This document shows positions 1 through 8,771 of a stretch of DNA of 64,000 nucleotides, one piece after another; position 1 is the first letter of the stretch, and every line of letters starts with the position of its first letter. The stretch is from a virus: the IMG/VR virus record IMGVR_UViG_3300020196_000003; one strand, given 5' to 3'. The notes under the pieces were generated by a model. It was not told the origin of the DNA and searched no databases. It saw nothing but the letters and a program-made list of their open reading frames with translations. Made by a program: the position numbers and the translations under genes.

Positions 1-260
1 ATGGTTGGTAATATTTTTGTTAAAGACCCATAATCTTCAGTTCTAAAAATCTTTAATTTTTCATCTTTAATTGATTCTAACCATTTAGGTATTACATATT
101 TTTCATTTGATTTTTTACAAATATCTGGAATATTCAAATGGATTTCATAGTTGTTATATGATAAACCCAACAATCTTTCAATAACTGGTTTTAACCCACC
201 GACAGATCTATTTATTCTGTTTGGTATTGTTGTTAGTGTTAGTATTACTTTTTGATTCAT
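1..260 (-). CDS. GT-A-like glycosyltransferase, partial (runs off window start)
   Basis: Manual translation from ATG at 260: MNQKVILTLTTIPNRI...IHLNIP...EDYGSLTKILPT; the LTTIPxR and DYGxxTKxLP motifs recur in phage GT-like proteins. Confidence 0.6.
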   Translation of the reverse strand, partial: MNQKVILTLTTIPNRINRSVGGLKPVIERLLGLSYNNYEIHLNIPDICKKSNEKYVIPKWLESIKDEKLKIFRTEDYGSLTKILPT

Positions 261-264
261 TAAA

Positions 265-1509
265 TTATAAATTTCCAACAATCCTTTCACACCAATCTTT
301 TGAAATTGAGTGAGGCCAAACAACCCAATAGGAAGGTATTTTTGTCGTTGGGAATTCTCTCCATATTTTACCATAACCATCAGGATCATTTTTAATTCTT
401 ACAATTTCATTTGCGTCGGCATCTTGTCTAAAAATTGTTTCATGTTCTTTATCGTGAAATGCCACGACCCAAAAGTCATAATCGGTTTCGGTAACTTTAT
501 TTAAATCCAAATCAATACAATGTTTAAAAATTGTTGAAAATGTTTTTTTCCATGATTCCTCGTTTTCAAAATTGTACGTGTTTGGTGGATATTTTTTATC
601 CAAAGTTTCTTGTTGAACCGCTCTTGTTCTGAATAATATTCCTGCGTATTTTTCATAGTCTTGTACAGTCCTTTCAGACCCAAACCATAATGAATAATTA
701 CCATCAAAAGTTTCACCATCTATACCTAATAACTGTCTGTTTTTAATGTGACAAGCAGTGTTTCTCAAATGCCAATCTTTATCATCATCCCATTGTTTTG
801 TTCTACCTTTTCTTGTGTATTCATGCCAAATCAAAACTTTATGTGGATGAAATAAGTCATAACCATGTGTATATGATCTTACCGTAATTGAAATTTCCTC
901 ACCATGAAAATAAAATTCAGGATCGTGTTGGACTTCAATTGAAAATTGTCCTATCGTGAAACAATAGTGTGCGGAATAAAATCTAGCAGGAATAGGTTCT
1001 TTCATTTCCCTCCATCCTGGTATAATTTCGGGTAAAAAGAATACAACTCCTTCAGGTGTAAATCTATCGAATACCATTCTCCACGGTTCCATAATGCGAG
1101 CGGCGGGATCATTATCAGGATCAAATGATGATACATATCCTGTAAGTAATGGTTTTTTATGCCCTTTCTTTTGAAGTTGTTTAATCATTTTAATCATTTC
1201 TTCGTCCCAATTTTTTTCGAATCTCATATGAGAATCAATTTGTAAAGTATATTCTTCTCCACCATACATTTGTTGGACTTGGTGTCTAGCCCAACAAACA
1301 CCTTTCGATTCCGTATATGGAATGTTTAATATTTTGAATCTTTTGTCTTTGGAATATTTTGATAAATCATCAAAACCATCTTCAGGATGAAATTGTCTTG
1401 CAATACCGAATCTAAGATTTCTTGGTTTTTTTGCATTTTCCAACATGTTTTCAATTGTTTGGATCAATTGTGGGTCTCTGTACGACGCGATTTGTACAAA
1501 TATTTTCAT
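265..1509 (-). CDS. GT60-type (Skp1-hydroxyproline/polypeptide) GlcNAc-transferase-like protein
   Basis: KIFVQIASYRD, SKGVCWARH, YTLQIDSHMRF..WD and FHGEEI motifs of the Pfam GlcNAc/GT60 family. Confidence 0.8.
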   Translation of the reverse strand: MKIFVQIASYRDPQLIQTIENMLENAKKPRNLRFGIARQFHPEDGFDDLSKYSKDKRFKILNIPYTESKGVCWARHQVQQMYGGEEYTLQIDSHMRFEKNWDEEMIKMIKQLQKKGHKKPLLTGYVSSFDPDNDPAARIMEPWRMVFDRFTPEGVVFFLPEIIPGWREMKEPIPARFYSAHYCFTIGQFSIEVQHDPEFYFHGEEISITVRSYTHGYDLFHPHKVLIWHEYTRKGRTKQWDDDKDWHLRNTACHIKNRQLLGIDGETFDGNYSLWFGSERTVQDYEKYAGILFRTRAVQQETLDKKYPPNTYNFENEESWKKTFSTIFKHCIDLDLNKVTETDYDFWVVAFHDKEHETIFRQDADANEIVRIKNDPDGYGKIWREFPTTKIPSYWVVWPHSISKDWCERIVGNL

Positions 1510-1546
1510 AAAATTAAAATATCAAACAAATATCAGTTGTAAATTA

Positions 1547-1843
1547 TTAAGGACCTTCAAAGATATAAATTGACGCATCTTGGAATAAAAAGATAGGAAA
1601 GTCTTGAAACATTTTCCCATAAATTTTTTGGCAGTTAAGAGTATATATTTTTTCACAACCAGCACCATCAACAATTTTTAATATGATTGGTGTTGTGTTG
1701 TCTAATGGAAATGGTATGTCAAATGTAAAAGGACCACCAACGATTGTTGCAACAAAAAAACAATAAGTTATGGTTGCATCACATACATAGATATCAAATG
1801 GTGATGTTCCCGAAATTGAATTTATTTGTAATTGATTTGGCAT
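1547..1843 (-). CDS. hypothetical protein, probably virion-associated
   Basis: 98-aa ORF with TATTTAT motif upstream (1865-1871 on the minus strand). Confidence 0.6.
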   Translation of the reverse strand: MPNQLQINSISGTSPFDIYVCDATITYCFFVATIVGGPFTFDIPFPLDNTTPIILKIVDGAGCEKIYTLNCQKIYGKMFQDFPIFLFQDASIYIFEGP

Positions 1844-1874
1844 TAAAGTCGGTATTGTTTTTAGATAAATATTA

Positions 1875-2003
1875 CTACCCGACTATTTCAATAACTTTTT
1901 GATATACCTGAAGAACTGACGGGTGACATTCAAATTTTTCTTTTCTTTCTAAACAACCAACCAAAGAAGGAATACCTTGTATTGATCCCCACTCTCTAAC
2001 ACC
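1875..2003 (-). pseudogene. 3' remnant of a GT9-like gene paralogous to 11768..12757
   Basis: Translates GVREWGSIQGIPSLVGCLERKEKFECHPSVLQVYQKVIEIVG*, versus GVKEWGSIQGIPPLVNCLENKKSFECHPTVLQVYRKIMELL in the intact gene; no start codon. Confidence 0.85.
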
Positions 2004-2184
2004 AACAGTAACTCAAACGGCTAGTTTGACACCGAGTCATACACCAACGCCAACAGTTACACCATCATACCATCCATGTGGATATCAACCAATTATTGTA
2101 ATACCAAGCCCAAGTAATTATAGGACACCAACACCAACACTAACACCGAACATCAACCCGTGTTTGTTGAGAAGTCTTCAATGA
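1999..2184 (+). pseudogene. 3' remnant of a Pro-Thr-repeat gene similar to 13422..13844
   Basis: TPTVTQTASLTPSHTPTPTVTPSYHPCG...TPTPTLTPNINPCLLRSLQ*, with the same PT...PC...PT...NPC layout; no start codon. Confidence 0.7.
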
Positions 2185-2243
2185 CAAAAATAATAAATTA
2201 CAATAATTATAATGATATATAGATTTAGTTTCCAAGTCATAAA

Positions 2244-2250
2244 TATTTAT
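2244..2250 (+). promoter_or_regulatory. TATTTAT putative late promoter of the fibre gene
   Basis: Motif 8 nt before ATG 2259; recurs before ~18 genes in the window. Confidence 0.6.
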
Positions 2251-2258
2251 AGTTTAAG

Positions 2259-5200
2259 ATGCCACAATATAATAGATTAACTGATAGGTCGAGAGTTTCT
2301 GCGGTCACACTGAATGACATTATACATGTTGTTGTTACTGGTGATACATCACAGAGTCCTCAGGGATCATCATATTTTGCACCTTTAAGTGATTTACAAT
2401 CAATATTAAGCGGATCAAGTGGTACCAATGGTACTTCAGGAACAAATGGAACTAGCGGTACTAATGGTACCTCAGGAATTAATGGGACTAGTGGTTCTTC
2501 AGGAACTTCTGGCTCATCAGGAATAAGTGGAACATCGGGTTCTTCAGGAACAAGTGGTGTTTCAGGTACCAATGGATCAAGTGGTTCAAGCGGTACAAGT
2601 GGAATTAATGGTACATCAGGATCTTCAGGTATTGATGGTAGTAGTGGAACTTCAGGTTCAAGTGGAACCAATGGTACTAGTGGTACAAATGGTTTTGACG
2701 GAACATCAGGATCATCAGGAACTAGTGGTTCTTCAGGATTAAGTGGAACAGATGGTACGTCGGGAAGTTCTGGAACAAGCGGAACAGATGGTACTAGCGG
2801 TACGAATGGAACAAGCGGAACAGATGGTAGTTCAGGAACTAGCGGAACTTCAGGTTCAAGCGGTATTGCTGGGACTAGCGGAACTTCAGGTTCTTCAGGG
2901 ATAGACGGAACAAGTGGTACTTCAGGTTCTTCAGGTATTGACGGCACTTCAGGAACATCGGGATCAAGCGGAACAAGTGGTACTAATGGAACTGATGGGT
3001 CTAGCGGTACGGATGGAACTAATGGGTCAAGTGGAACTTCAGGAACCAACGGTACAGATGGAAGTAGTGGAACATCAGGTTCTAGTGGAACAAATGGTAC
3101 TAGCGGGTCATCCGGATCTAGCGGTACATCAGGGTCAAGTGGAACTAATGGTACTAGCGGGTCTTCAGGTACATCAGGAACTAACGGTACTAATGGAACA
3201 AGTGGAAGTAGCGGTACGGACGGAACATCAGGGTCTTCAGGAACTAATGGGACATCAGGTACAAATGGTACATCAGGAACCAATGGAACTTCAGGAACGA
3301 ACGGTACAAATGGTACATCAGGAACCAATGGAACTTCAGGGACAAGTGGAAGTAGCGGTACCGACGGAACATCAGGGTCTAGCGGTACTAGCGGAAGTTC
3401 GGGAACAAATGGAACATCAGGGTCTAGCGGATCAAGTGGTAGTTCAGGTTCTAGCGGTACAGACGGTACTTCAGGTACTTCAGGTTCAAGTGGTATAGAC
3501 GGTACATCAGGTACATCAGGGAGCTCAGGCTCAAGCGGAACAAGTGGTTCTTCAGGCTCTAGTGGAACAAATGGTTCTTCAGGAACCTCAGGAACTAGCG
3601 GCTCTTCAGGTACAGATGGTACAAGTGGAACAAGTGGTTCATCAGGGACTAGCGGTTCTTCAGGAACAAGTGGTTCATCAGGAACTAGCGGTTCTTCAGG
3701 AACAAGTGGTTCATCAGGTACCTCAGGTTCTAGTGGAAGTTCAGGTACAGATGGTACATCAGGAACAAGTGGTTCTTCAGGTTCTAGTGGAAGTTCAGGT
3801 ACAGATGGTACATCAGGAACAAGTGGTTCATCAGGAACAAGTGGAAGTTCAGGTACAGATGGTTCATCAGGAACAAGCGGTTCATCAGGTACTTCAGGAA
3901 GTTCAGGTTCATCAGGTACTTCAGGAAGTTCAGGTTCATCAGGTACTTCAGGAAGTTCAGGTTCATCAGGTACTTCAGGAAGTTCAGGTTCATCAGGAAC
4001 AGATGGTACAAGTGGTACAAGCGGCTCATCAGGAACAAGCGGTTCATCAGGTACATCAGGGAGCTCAGGTTCAAGCGGAACAAGCGGTTCATCAGGTACT
4101 TCAGGAAGTTCAGGTTCATCAGGTACTTCAGGAAGTTCAGGTTCATCAGGAACAGATGGTACTTCAGGTACATCAGGTTCTAGTGGCTCATCGGGTTCCT
4201 CTGGAACAAGTGGTTCTTCAGGAACCTCAGGTTCTAGCGGCTCATCGGGTACTGATGGCACGTCTGGTACAAGTGGATCATCAGGAACAGATGGTACAAG
4301 TGGATCATCAGGAACAGATGGTACAAGTGGTACATCAGGAAGTTCAGGTACAAGTGGTTCTTCAGGTTCATCAGGAACTTCAGGAAGTTCAGGCTCCTCA
4401 GGTACAAATGGTACTTCAGGGACTGATGGGACTAGCGGAACATCAGGTTCTTCAGGAACTAGCGGAAGCTCAGGTTCTTCAGGAACTAGCGGAAGCTCAG
4501 GTTCTTCAGGAACTAGCGGAAGCTCAGGTTCATCAGGCACTTCAGGTAGCTCAGGTTCTTCAGGAACTAGCGGAAGCTCAGGTTCTTCAGGAACTTCAGG
4601 AAGTTCAGGTTCTTCAGGTACAAATGGTACTTCAGGGACTGATGGGACTAGCGGAACATCAGGTTCTTCAGGAACTAGCGGAAGCTCAGGTTCATCAGGC
4701 ACTTCAGGTAGCTCAGGTTCTTCAGGAACTAGCGGAAGCTCAGGTTCTTCAGGAACTTCAGGAAGTTCAGGTTCTTCAGGAACTTCAGGAACTTCAGGTA
4801 CAAGTGGAACAAATGGAACCAGCGGAACTAATGGTACTTCAGGGACAAATGGTACTAGCGGTAGTTCAGGGACAAATGGTACATCAGGTACTAATGGAAC
4901 TAGCGGGACAAATGGGACAAGCGGAACTAGTGGGACCAACGGCACATCAGGGTCTAGTGGAACAAATGGAACTTCAGGCTCAAGCGGTACCAATGGAACA
5001 TCAGGAAGTTCGGGCACGAATGGTACAAGTGGGTCTTCAGGCACTAACGGTACGTCAGGAACTAATGGAACCTCAGGAACGAACGGTACGAATGGTACTT
5101 CAGGAACAAATGGAACATCAGGTACTAATGGAACAAATGGTACTAGCGGTACAAATGGAACATCAGGTACAAACGGAACATCAGGTACCAACGGTACTAG

Positions 5201-6953
5201 TGGAACGTCGGGAACAAATGGAACCAACGGTACAAGCGGTACCAATGGTACAAGTGGAACTAACGGAACTAGTGGTACAAACGGAACAAATGGTACTTCA
5301 GGCACAAACGGAACCTCAGGAACAAATGGAACCAACGGTACAAGCGGTACAAATGGAACATCAGGTACCAACGGTACTAGTGGAACGTCGGGAACAAATG
5401 GAACCAACGGTACAAGCGGTACCAATGGTACAAGTGGAACATCGGGCACAAACGGAACCTCAGGAACAAATGGAACCAACGGTACAAGCGGTACAAGTGG
5501 AACCAACGGAACTTCAGGTACAAACGGGACAAATGGTACTAGCGGAACTAACGGTACTTCAGGTGTTAACGGAACAAGTGGTACAAATGGTACTTCAGGC
5601 ACTAACGGTACGTCAGGAACAAATGGAACTAGTGGTACATCACCGTCGGTACCGGGAGGGGGGGGCAAAGTTTTAACATCAGATGGGTTGGGTGGGATTA
5701 CGGCAGAATCAAATTTAACTTTTGATGGTACAGAATTAATCGTGACAGGTTATCAAAGAGTTGTTGATACAGTGGGAGGGGCACTTGGAAGTTTAAGAGT
5801 GGATAGTGCTGTCACTAACTTTTTACACAACGCAATATCTGTAACCAATACAGGAGATTTTACTAACACAAATTCATTAGTGGGTGTTAATGTGGATGTT
5901 ACGGATGGTATTTTTTCTAACACATGTTTTGCAGGTTCAACATTTTCCGCATACGGTAGTAATTATGGTATCGATTTGAGAAACAGTTCCACCGAAACCG
6001 GTTCTTCACAATACGGAGCGTCAGTTAGTGTAAACGGTTCAGGACCAACAGAAAAGTATGGGTATTATGGTTCTGTTAGTAATACTTCAGATTATAATTA
6101 TGGTGTTTATGTCAATGTTGAGGACGCGACTGTGGAGAACTACGGACTTTATTCAAGAATTGCTAGTAGTGTTGGAGACACATACGGGTTTTATATATCA
6201 AATACAGGTACGGATTCAGGTGGTTCTGATTTACATTATGGTGGAAAAATTCTTGTTAGTGGTATAGGTCAACCAACAAGTACAGTAAAATACGGGTTGG
6301 AAATTGATTTGACTGGTGATGCAAAAATTAATTATGGAGTTCACATTGATGTTGCAGGCGCAACAGACAATTTTAGTATTGTTACTCAAAATGGTTTTGC
6401 AATTTTTAATAACCTTGGCACATCAACCGCAGATTTTCAAGTCAAAGGAGACACGGATGATAATCTTATTTATGTTGATGCCTCCACAGATAATTTAGGG
6501 ATTGGGACAAACTTACCATCAAGAAAATTACATGTAAATGGTGATTATACTTTTGTTCACAACCCAACTTCAGAATTAACTTCATCTGTTAGTGGTTATG
6601 GTGATATAGTAACATTTGGTTCGGGAAGTTTAACAGCAGGTGATTTATACTATTTGACAAGTTTGGGGTCTTGGTCGGCAACTGATGCAGATGCAGCGTC
6701 AACAGCAACAGGAATGTTAGCGTTTGCGTTGGGGTCCTCCGCATCGGACGGTATGTTAGTTAGAGGTTATATTAGAAATTCAGGATTTACAACAAATACA
6801 GGTAACATAGTCTATGTCTCAACAACCACAGGTGCTGTAACTACAACCGCACCATCAGGTAGCGGAGACATTATTAGAATTATTGGTTATAGTATAGACG
6901 GAACAAATGAAATAATTTATTTTAACCCTGATAATAGTTGGGTAGAGGTTTAA
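2259..6953 (+). CDS. giant Gly-X-Y (GTS/GSS/GTN) repeat fibre protein with beta-repeat and C-terminal globular domains
   Basis: 1564 aa; Gly at every third residue over ~1077 aa, then YG repeats, a GIGTxxPxxKLHVNG fibre motif and a C-terminal domain. Confidence 0.85.
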   Translation: MPQYNRLTDRSRVSAVTLNDIIHVVVTGDTSQSPQGSSYFAPLSDLQSILSGSSGTNGTSGTNGTSGTNGTSGINGTSGSSGTSGSSGISGTSGSSGTSGVSGTNGSSGSSGTSGINGTSGSSGIDGSSGTSGSSGTNGTSGTNGFDGTSGSSGTSGSSGLSGTDGTSGSSGTSGTDGTSGTNGTSGTDGSSGTSGTSGSSGIAGTSGTSGSSGIDGTSGTSGSSGIDGTSGTSGSSGTSGTNGTDGSSGTDGTNGSSGTSGTNGTDGSSGTSGSSGTNGTSGSSGSSGTSGSSGTNGTSGSSGTSGTNGTNGTSGSSGTDGTSGSSGTNGTSGTNGTSGTNGTSGTNGTNGTSGTNGTSGTSGSSGTDGTSGSSGTSGSSGTNGTSGSSGSSGSSGSSGTDGTSGTSGSSGIDGTSGTSGSSGSSGTSGSSGSSGTNGSSGTSGTSGSSGTDGTSGTSGSSGTSGSSGTSGSSGTSGSSGTSGSSGTSGSSGSSGTDGTSGTSGSSGSSGSSGTDGTSGTSGSSGTSGSSGTDGSSGTSGSSGTSGSSGSSGTSGSSGSSGTSGSSGSSGTSGSSGSSGTDGTSGTSGSSGTSGSSGTSGSSGSSGTSGSSGTSGSSGSSGTSGSSGSSGTDGTSGTSGSSGSSGSSGTSGSSGTSGSSGSSGTDGTSGTSGSSGTDGTSGSSGTDGTSGTSGSSGTSGSSGSSGTSGSSGSSGTNGTSGTDGTSGTSGSSGTSGSSGSSGTSGSSGSSGTSGSSGSSGTSGSSGSSGTSGSSGSSGTSGSSGSSGTNGTSGTDGTSGTSGSSGTSGSSGSSGTSGSSGSSGTSGSSGSSGTSGSSGSSGTSGTSGTSGTNGTSGTNGTSGTNGTSGSSGTNGTSGTNGTSGTNGTSGTSGTNGTSGSSGTNGTSGSSGTNGTSGSSGTNGTSGSSGTNGTSGTNGTSGTNGTNGTSGTNGTSGTNGTNGTSGTNGTSGTNGTSGTNGTSGTSGTNGTNGTSGTNGTSGTNGTSGTNGTNGTSGTNGTSGTNGTNGTSGTNGTSGTNGTSGTSGTNGTNGTSGTNGTSGTSGTNGTSGTNGTNGTSGTSGTNGTSGTNGTNGTSGTNGTSGVNGTSGTNGTSGTNGTSGTNGTSGTSPSVPGGGGKVLTSDGLGGITAESNLTFDGTELIVTGYQRVVDTVGGALGSLRVDSAVTNFLHNAISVTNTGDFTNTNSLVGVNVDVTDGIFSNTCFAGSTFSAYGSNYGIDLRNSSTETGSSQYGASVSVNGSGPTEKYGYYGSVSNTSDYNYGVYVNVEDATVENYGLYSRIASSVGDTYGFYISNTGTDSGGSDLHYGGKILVSGIGQPTSTVKYGLEIDLTGDAKINYGVHIDVAGATDNFSIVTQNGFAIFNNLGTSTADFQVKGDTDDNLIYVDASTDNLGIGTNLPSRKLHVNGDYTFVHNPTSELTSSVSGYGDIVTFGSGSLTAGDLYYLTSLGSWSATDADAASTATGMLAFALGSSASDGMLVRGYIRNSGFTTNTGNIVYVSTTTGAVTTTAPSGSGDIIRIIGYSIDGTNEIIYFNPDNSWVEV
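2412..5642 (+). repeat. 9-nt-period coding repeat, ~359 Gly-X-Y triplets
   Basis: 3231 nt = 359 x 9; GGN at period 9 with varied synonymous codons; local exact 27-nt tandem copies (~3885-3995) and a longer duplication (~4400 vs ~4615). Confidence 0.9.
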
Positions 6954-6957
6954 TAAT

Positions 6958-7473
6958 ATGACAAAATTTAACGGTTTTGATTTTTATGATAAAAAACAAG
7001 TTGTTCTAACAAGTGGGATTCCAAGTGCATATGTTAATGCGGCATCCAATACAAAAATCACTTCGGTATTTGTTCCAGCAAATACCTTTGCGGCTGGTGA
7101 TATTTTGAGTATAGAGTGGGTTATTCGGTTAACAGGTGCAACTTCAGGAAACACTACTCTTTTTTTGTATTGGAATGAGACAGATGATTTAACAACACCG
7201 ACTCAGTTACAAACTCGTAATACCTCCAATGCGACTGTTAGTAAGAGGAATTCTCTTAATAGGAGACTTTCAATTGCCGTTGCTAATGGAACAGGTAATG
7301 GGTCAATTATGTATGGTGTTGCCGGAGCACAAGATACAGATTTTCCTGCAGTAACTTTTGCAATATCAAGTGGATTAGTATTAAATTGGACCATAGACTC
7401 TTACATAGTGTTATCCGGTTTTTCTACTATAAATACAGGAATTAGAACAGAGTTTTTCAAAGTTAGTAATTAA
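6958..7473 (+). CDS. fibre-associated protein, paralog 1 of 3
   Basis: Shares PANTFxxGD, RRL...GxGxG and NWTxDxYI/L motifs with 7736 and 8256. Confidence 0.75.
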   Translation: MTKFNGFDFYDKKQVVLTSGIPSAYVNAASNTKITSVFVPANTFAAGDILSIEWVIRLTGATSGNTTLFLYWNETDDLTTPTQLQTRNTSNATVSKRNSLNRRLSIAVANGTGNGSIMYGVAGAQDTDFPAVTFAISSGLVLNWTIDSYIVLSGFSTINTGIRTEFFKVSN

Positions 7474-7478
7474 AAATT

Positions 7479-7739
7479 ATGGTATATTTAGAAAAAAAAT
7501 TAAATACATTAGTTAAGTCTGTAGGTTCAGATGGGGCGTCATTTTTAGATGTCCCAAGAACTCTAACATTCACAATTGTCGATGAAGAGGGTCATAGTGG
7601 ATATTTTTCAAATAATCCAGAGGATGTTTCAATAGAATTAGAGGAAAATATTATTTTTTTCAAAGTTAAAGACACTATAATTGATAATATTGAATTTCTC
7701 GATGCTCAAACAATGATAAATTATATTTACGACTTATGA
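7479..7739 (+). CDS. hypothetical protein
   Basis: 86-aa ORF translationally coupled to the next gene (ATGA overlap). Confidence 0.6.
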   Translation: MVYLEKKLNTLVKSVGSDGASFLDVPRTLTFTIVDEEGHSGYFSNNPEDVSIELEENIIFFKVKDTIIDNIEFLDAQTMINYIYDL

Positions 7740-8263
7740 CAAAGATAATAGGTTTTAATATGTATAGTCCTTTTAAGACTATTAGTTTGACAACTCCTCA
7801 ATCAACTACTTCTTCATTAACAGAAGTTAAGTTGGGATCAGTACTTGTTCCCGCCAACACATTTGGGGCTGGCGATTCTTTGAAAATCGAGTGTTTTGCG
7901 AGAAAACAAAATACAAATGCAGTATCAAACATAAGGTTGTATTGGAATACCTCTGATAGTATATCATCACCAACACCAATTAGAATTGGTGAAAATTTAG
8001 GTATTATTGCAACGGCAACAGCAATTCCAATAGTTAGAAGATTAGGTGTTGTAACATCGGATGGTTCAGGAAGCGGGTCAAGTGCCTTATTAAATACAGT
8101 TGATTTTTTTTCAGATTACATAACATCAGCGGCCGGATTGTCTTCTGACCCAAGTAATTTGGCATTAAATTGGACTGTAGATAGTTATATTATATTGGCG
8201 GGTGATGTTGATAACGCATCAGATATATTAAATTGTCAATGGATAAGAATTACAAATGGCTAA
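7736..8263 (+). CDS. fibre-associated protein, paralog 2 of 3
   Basis: PANTFGAGD, LYWN, RRLGV, LNWTVDSYI, CQWIRITNG. Confidence 0.75.
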   Translation: MTKIIGFNMYSPFKTISLTTPQSTTSSLTEVKLGSVLVPANTFGAGDSLKIECFARKQNTNAVSNIRLYWNTSDSISSPTPIRIGENLGIIATATAIPIVRRLGVVTSDGSGSGSSALLNTVDFFSDYITSAAGLSSDPSNLALNWTVDSYIILAGDVDNASDILNCQWIRITNG

Positions 8264-8771
8264 AATAATCGGGTATAATGTTGGTGTTAAATATAAAGTT
8301 GTAACCACTACAACACCTGCGGGTAGTGTAAACTCAATTTCTAATACTTTAATTAATTCATTGTTAATTCCTGCAAATACATTTTCTTCAGGAGACATTG
8401 TTACGATAGAAACTTGTTTAACAAAAAGTGCAACTAATAATACTTTTAGTTTTTATTTTTATGTTAATACATCCGCAACACTTGTTGGTGCGACTTTAGT
8501 TGCAACAAACACATCAGTTGCAAGTAATGTAAGAGCGGCTCAACTTTATCGTAGACTTGCAGTCGATGTTGCTTCGGGTAGTGGTAATGGCACAATAATA
8601 ATAAACACATCAATAGCTGCGAGAGATGATATAGGTGTCACAAATTATACTACAGGGTTTTCTACTTTAACAACTAATTGGACTACTGACCAATATTTAA
8701 TTGTTTCAGGTTCTGTTGTTAGTACATCAGACACACTTAGTTGTCAGTGGATAAAGGCTTCGAACGGTTAA
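8256..8771 (+). CDS. fibre-associated protein, paralog 3 of 3
   Basis: PANTFSSGD, RRLAV, TNWTTDQYL, CQWIKASNG. Confidence 0.75.
   Translation: MAKIIGYNVGVKYKVVTTTTPAGSVNSISNTLINSLLIPANTFSSGDIVTIETCLTKSATNNTFSFYFYVNTSATLVGATLVATNTSVASNVRAAQLYRRLAVDVASGSGNGTIIINTSIAARDDIGVTNYTTGFSTLTTNWTTDQYLIVSGSVVSTSDTLSCQWIKASNG

Noticed and set aside
2360-5676. 1102-aa antisense Val/Pro ORF and long alternate-frame ORFs (2914..3498, 3544..5676)
   Set aside because: By-products of the restricted GGN/ACN/TCN codon repeat; confined to the repeat, with no independent signals
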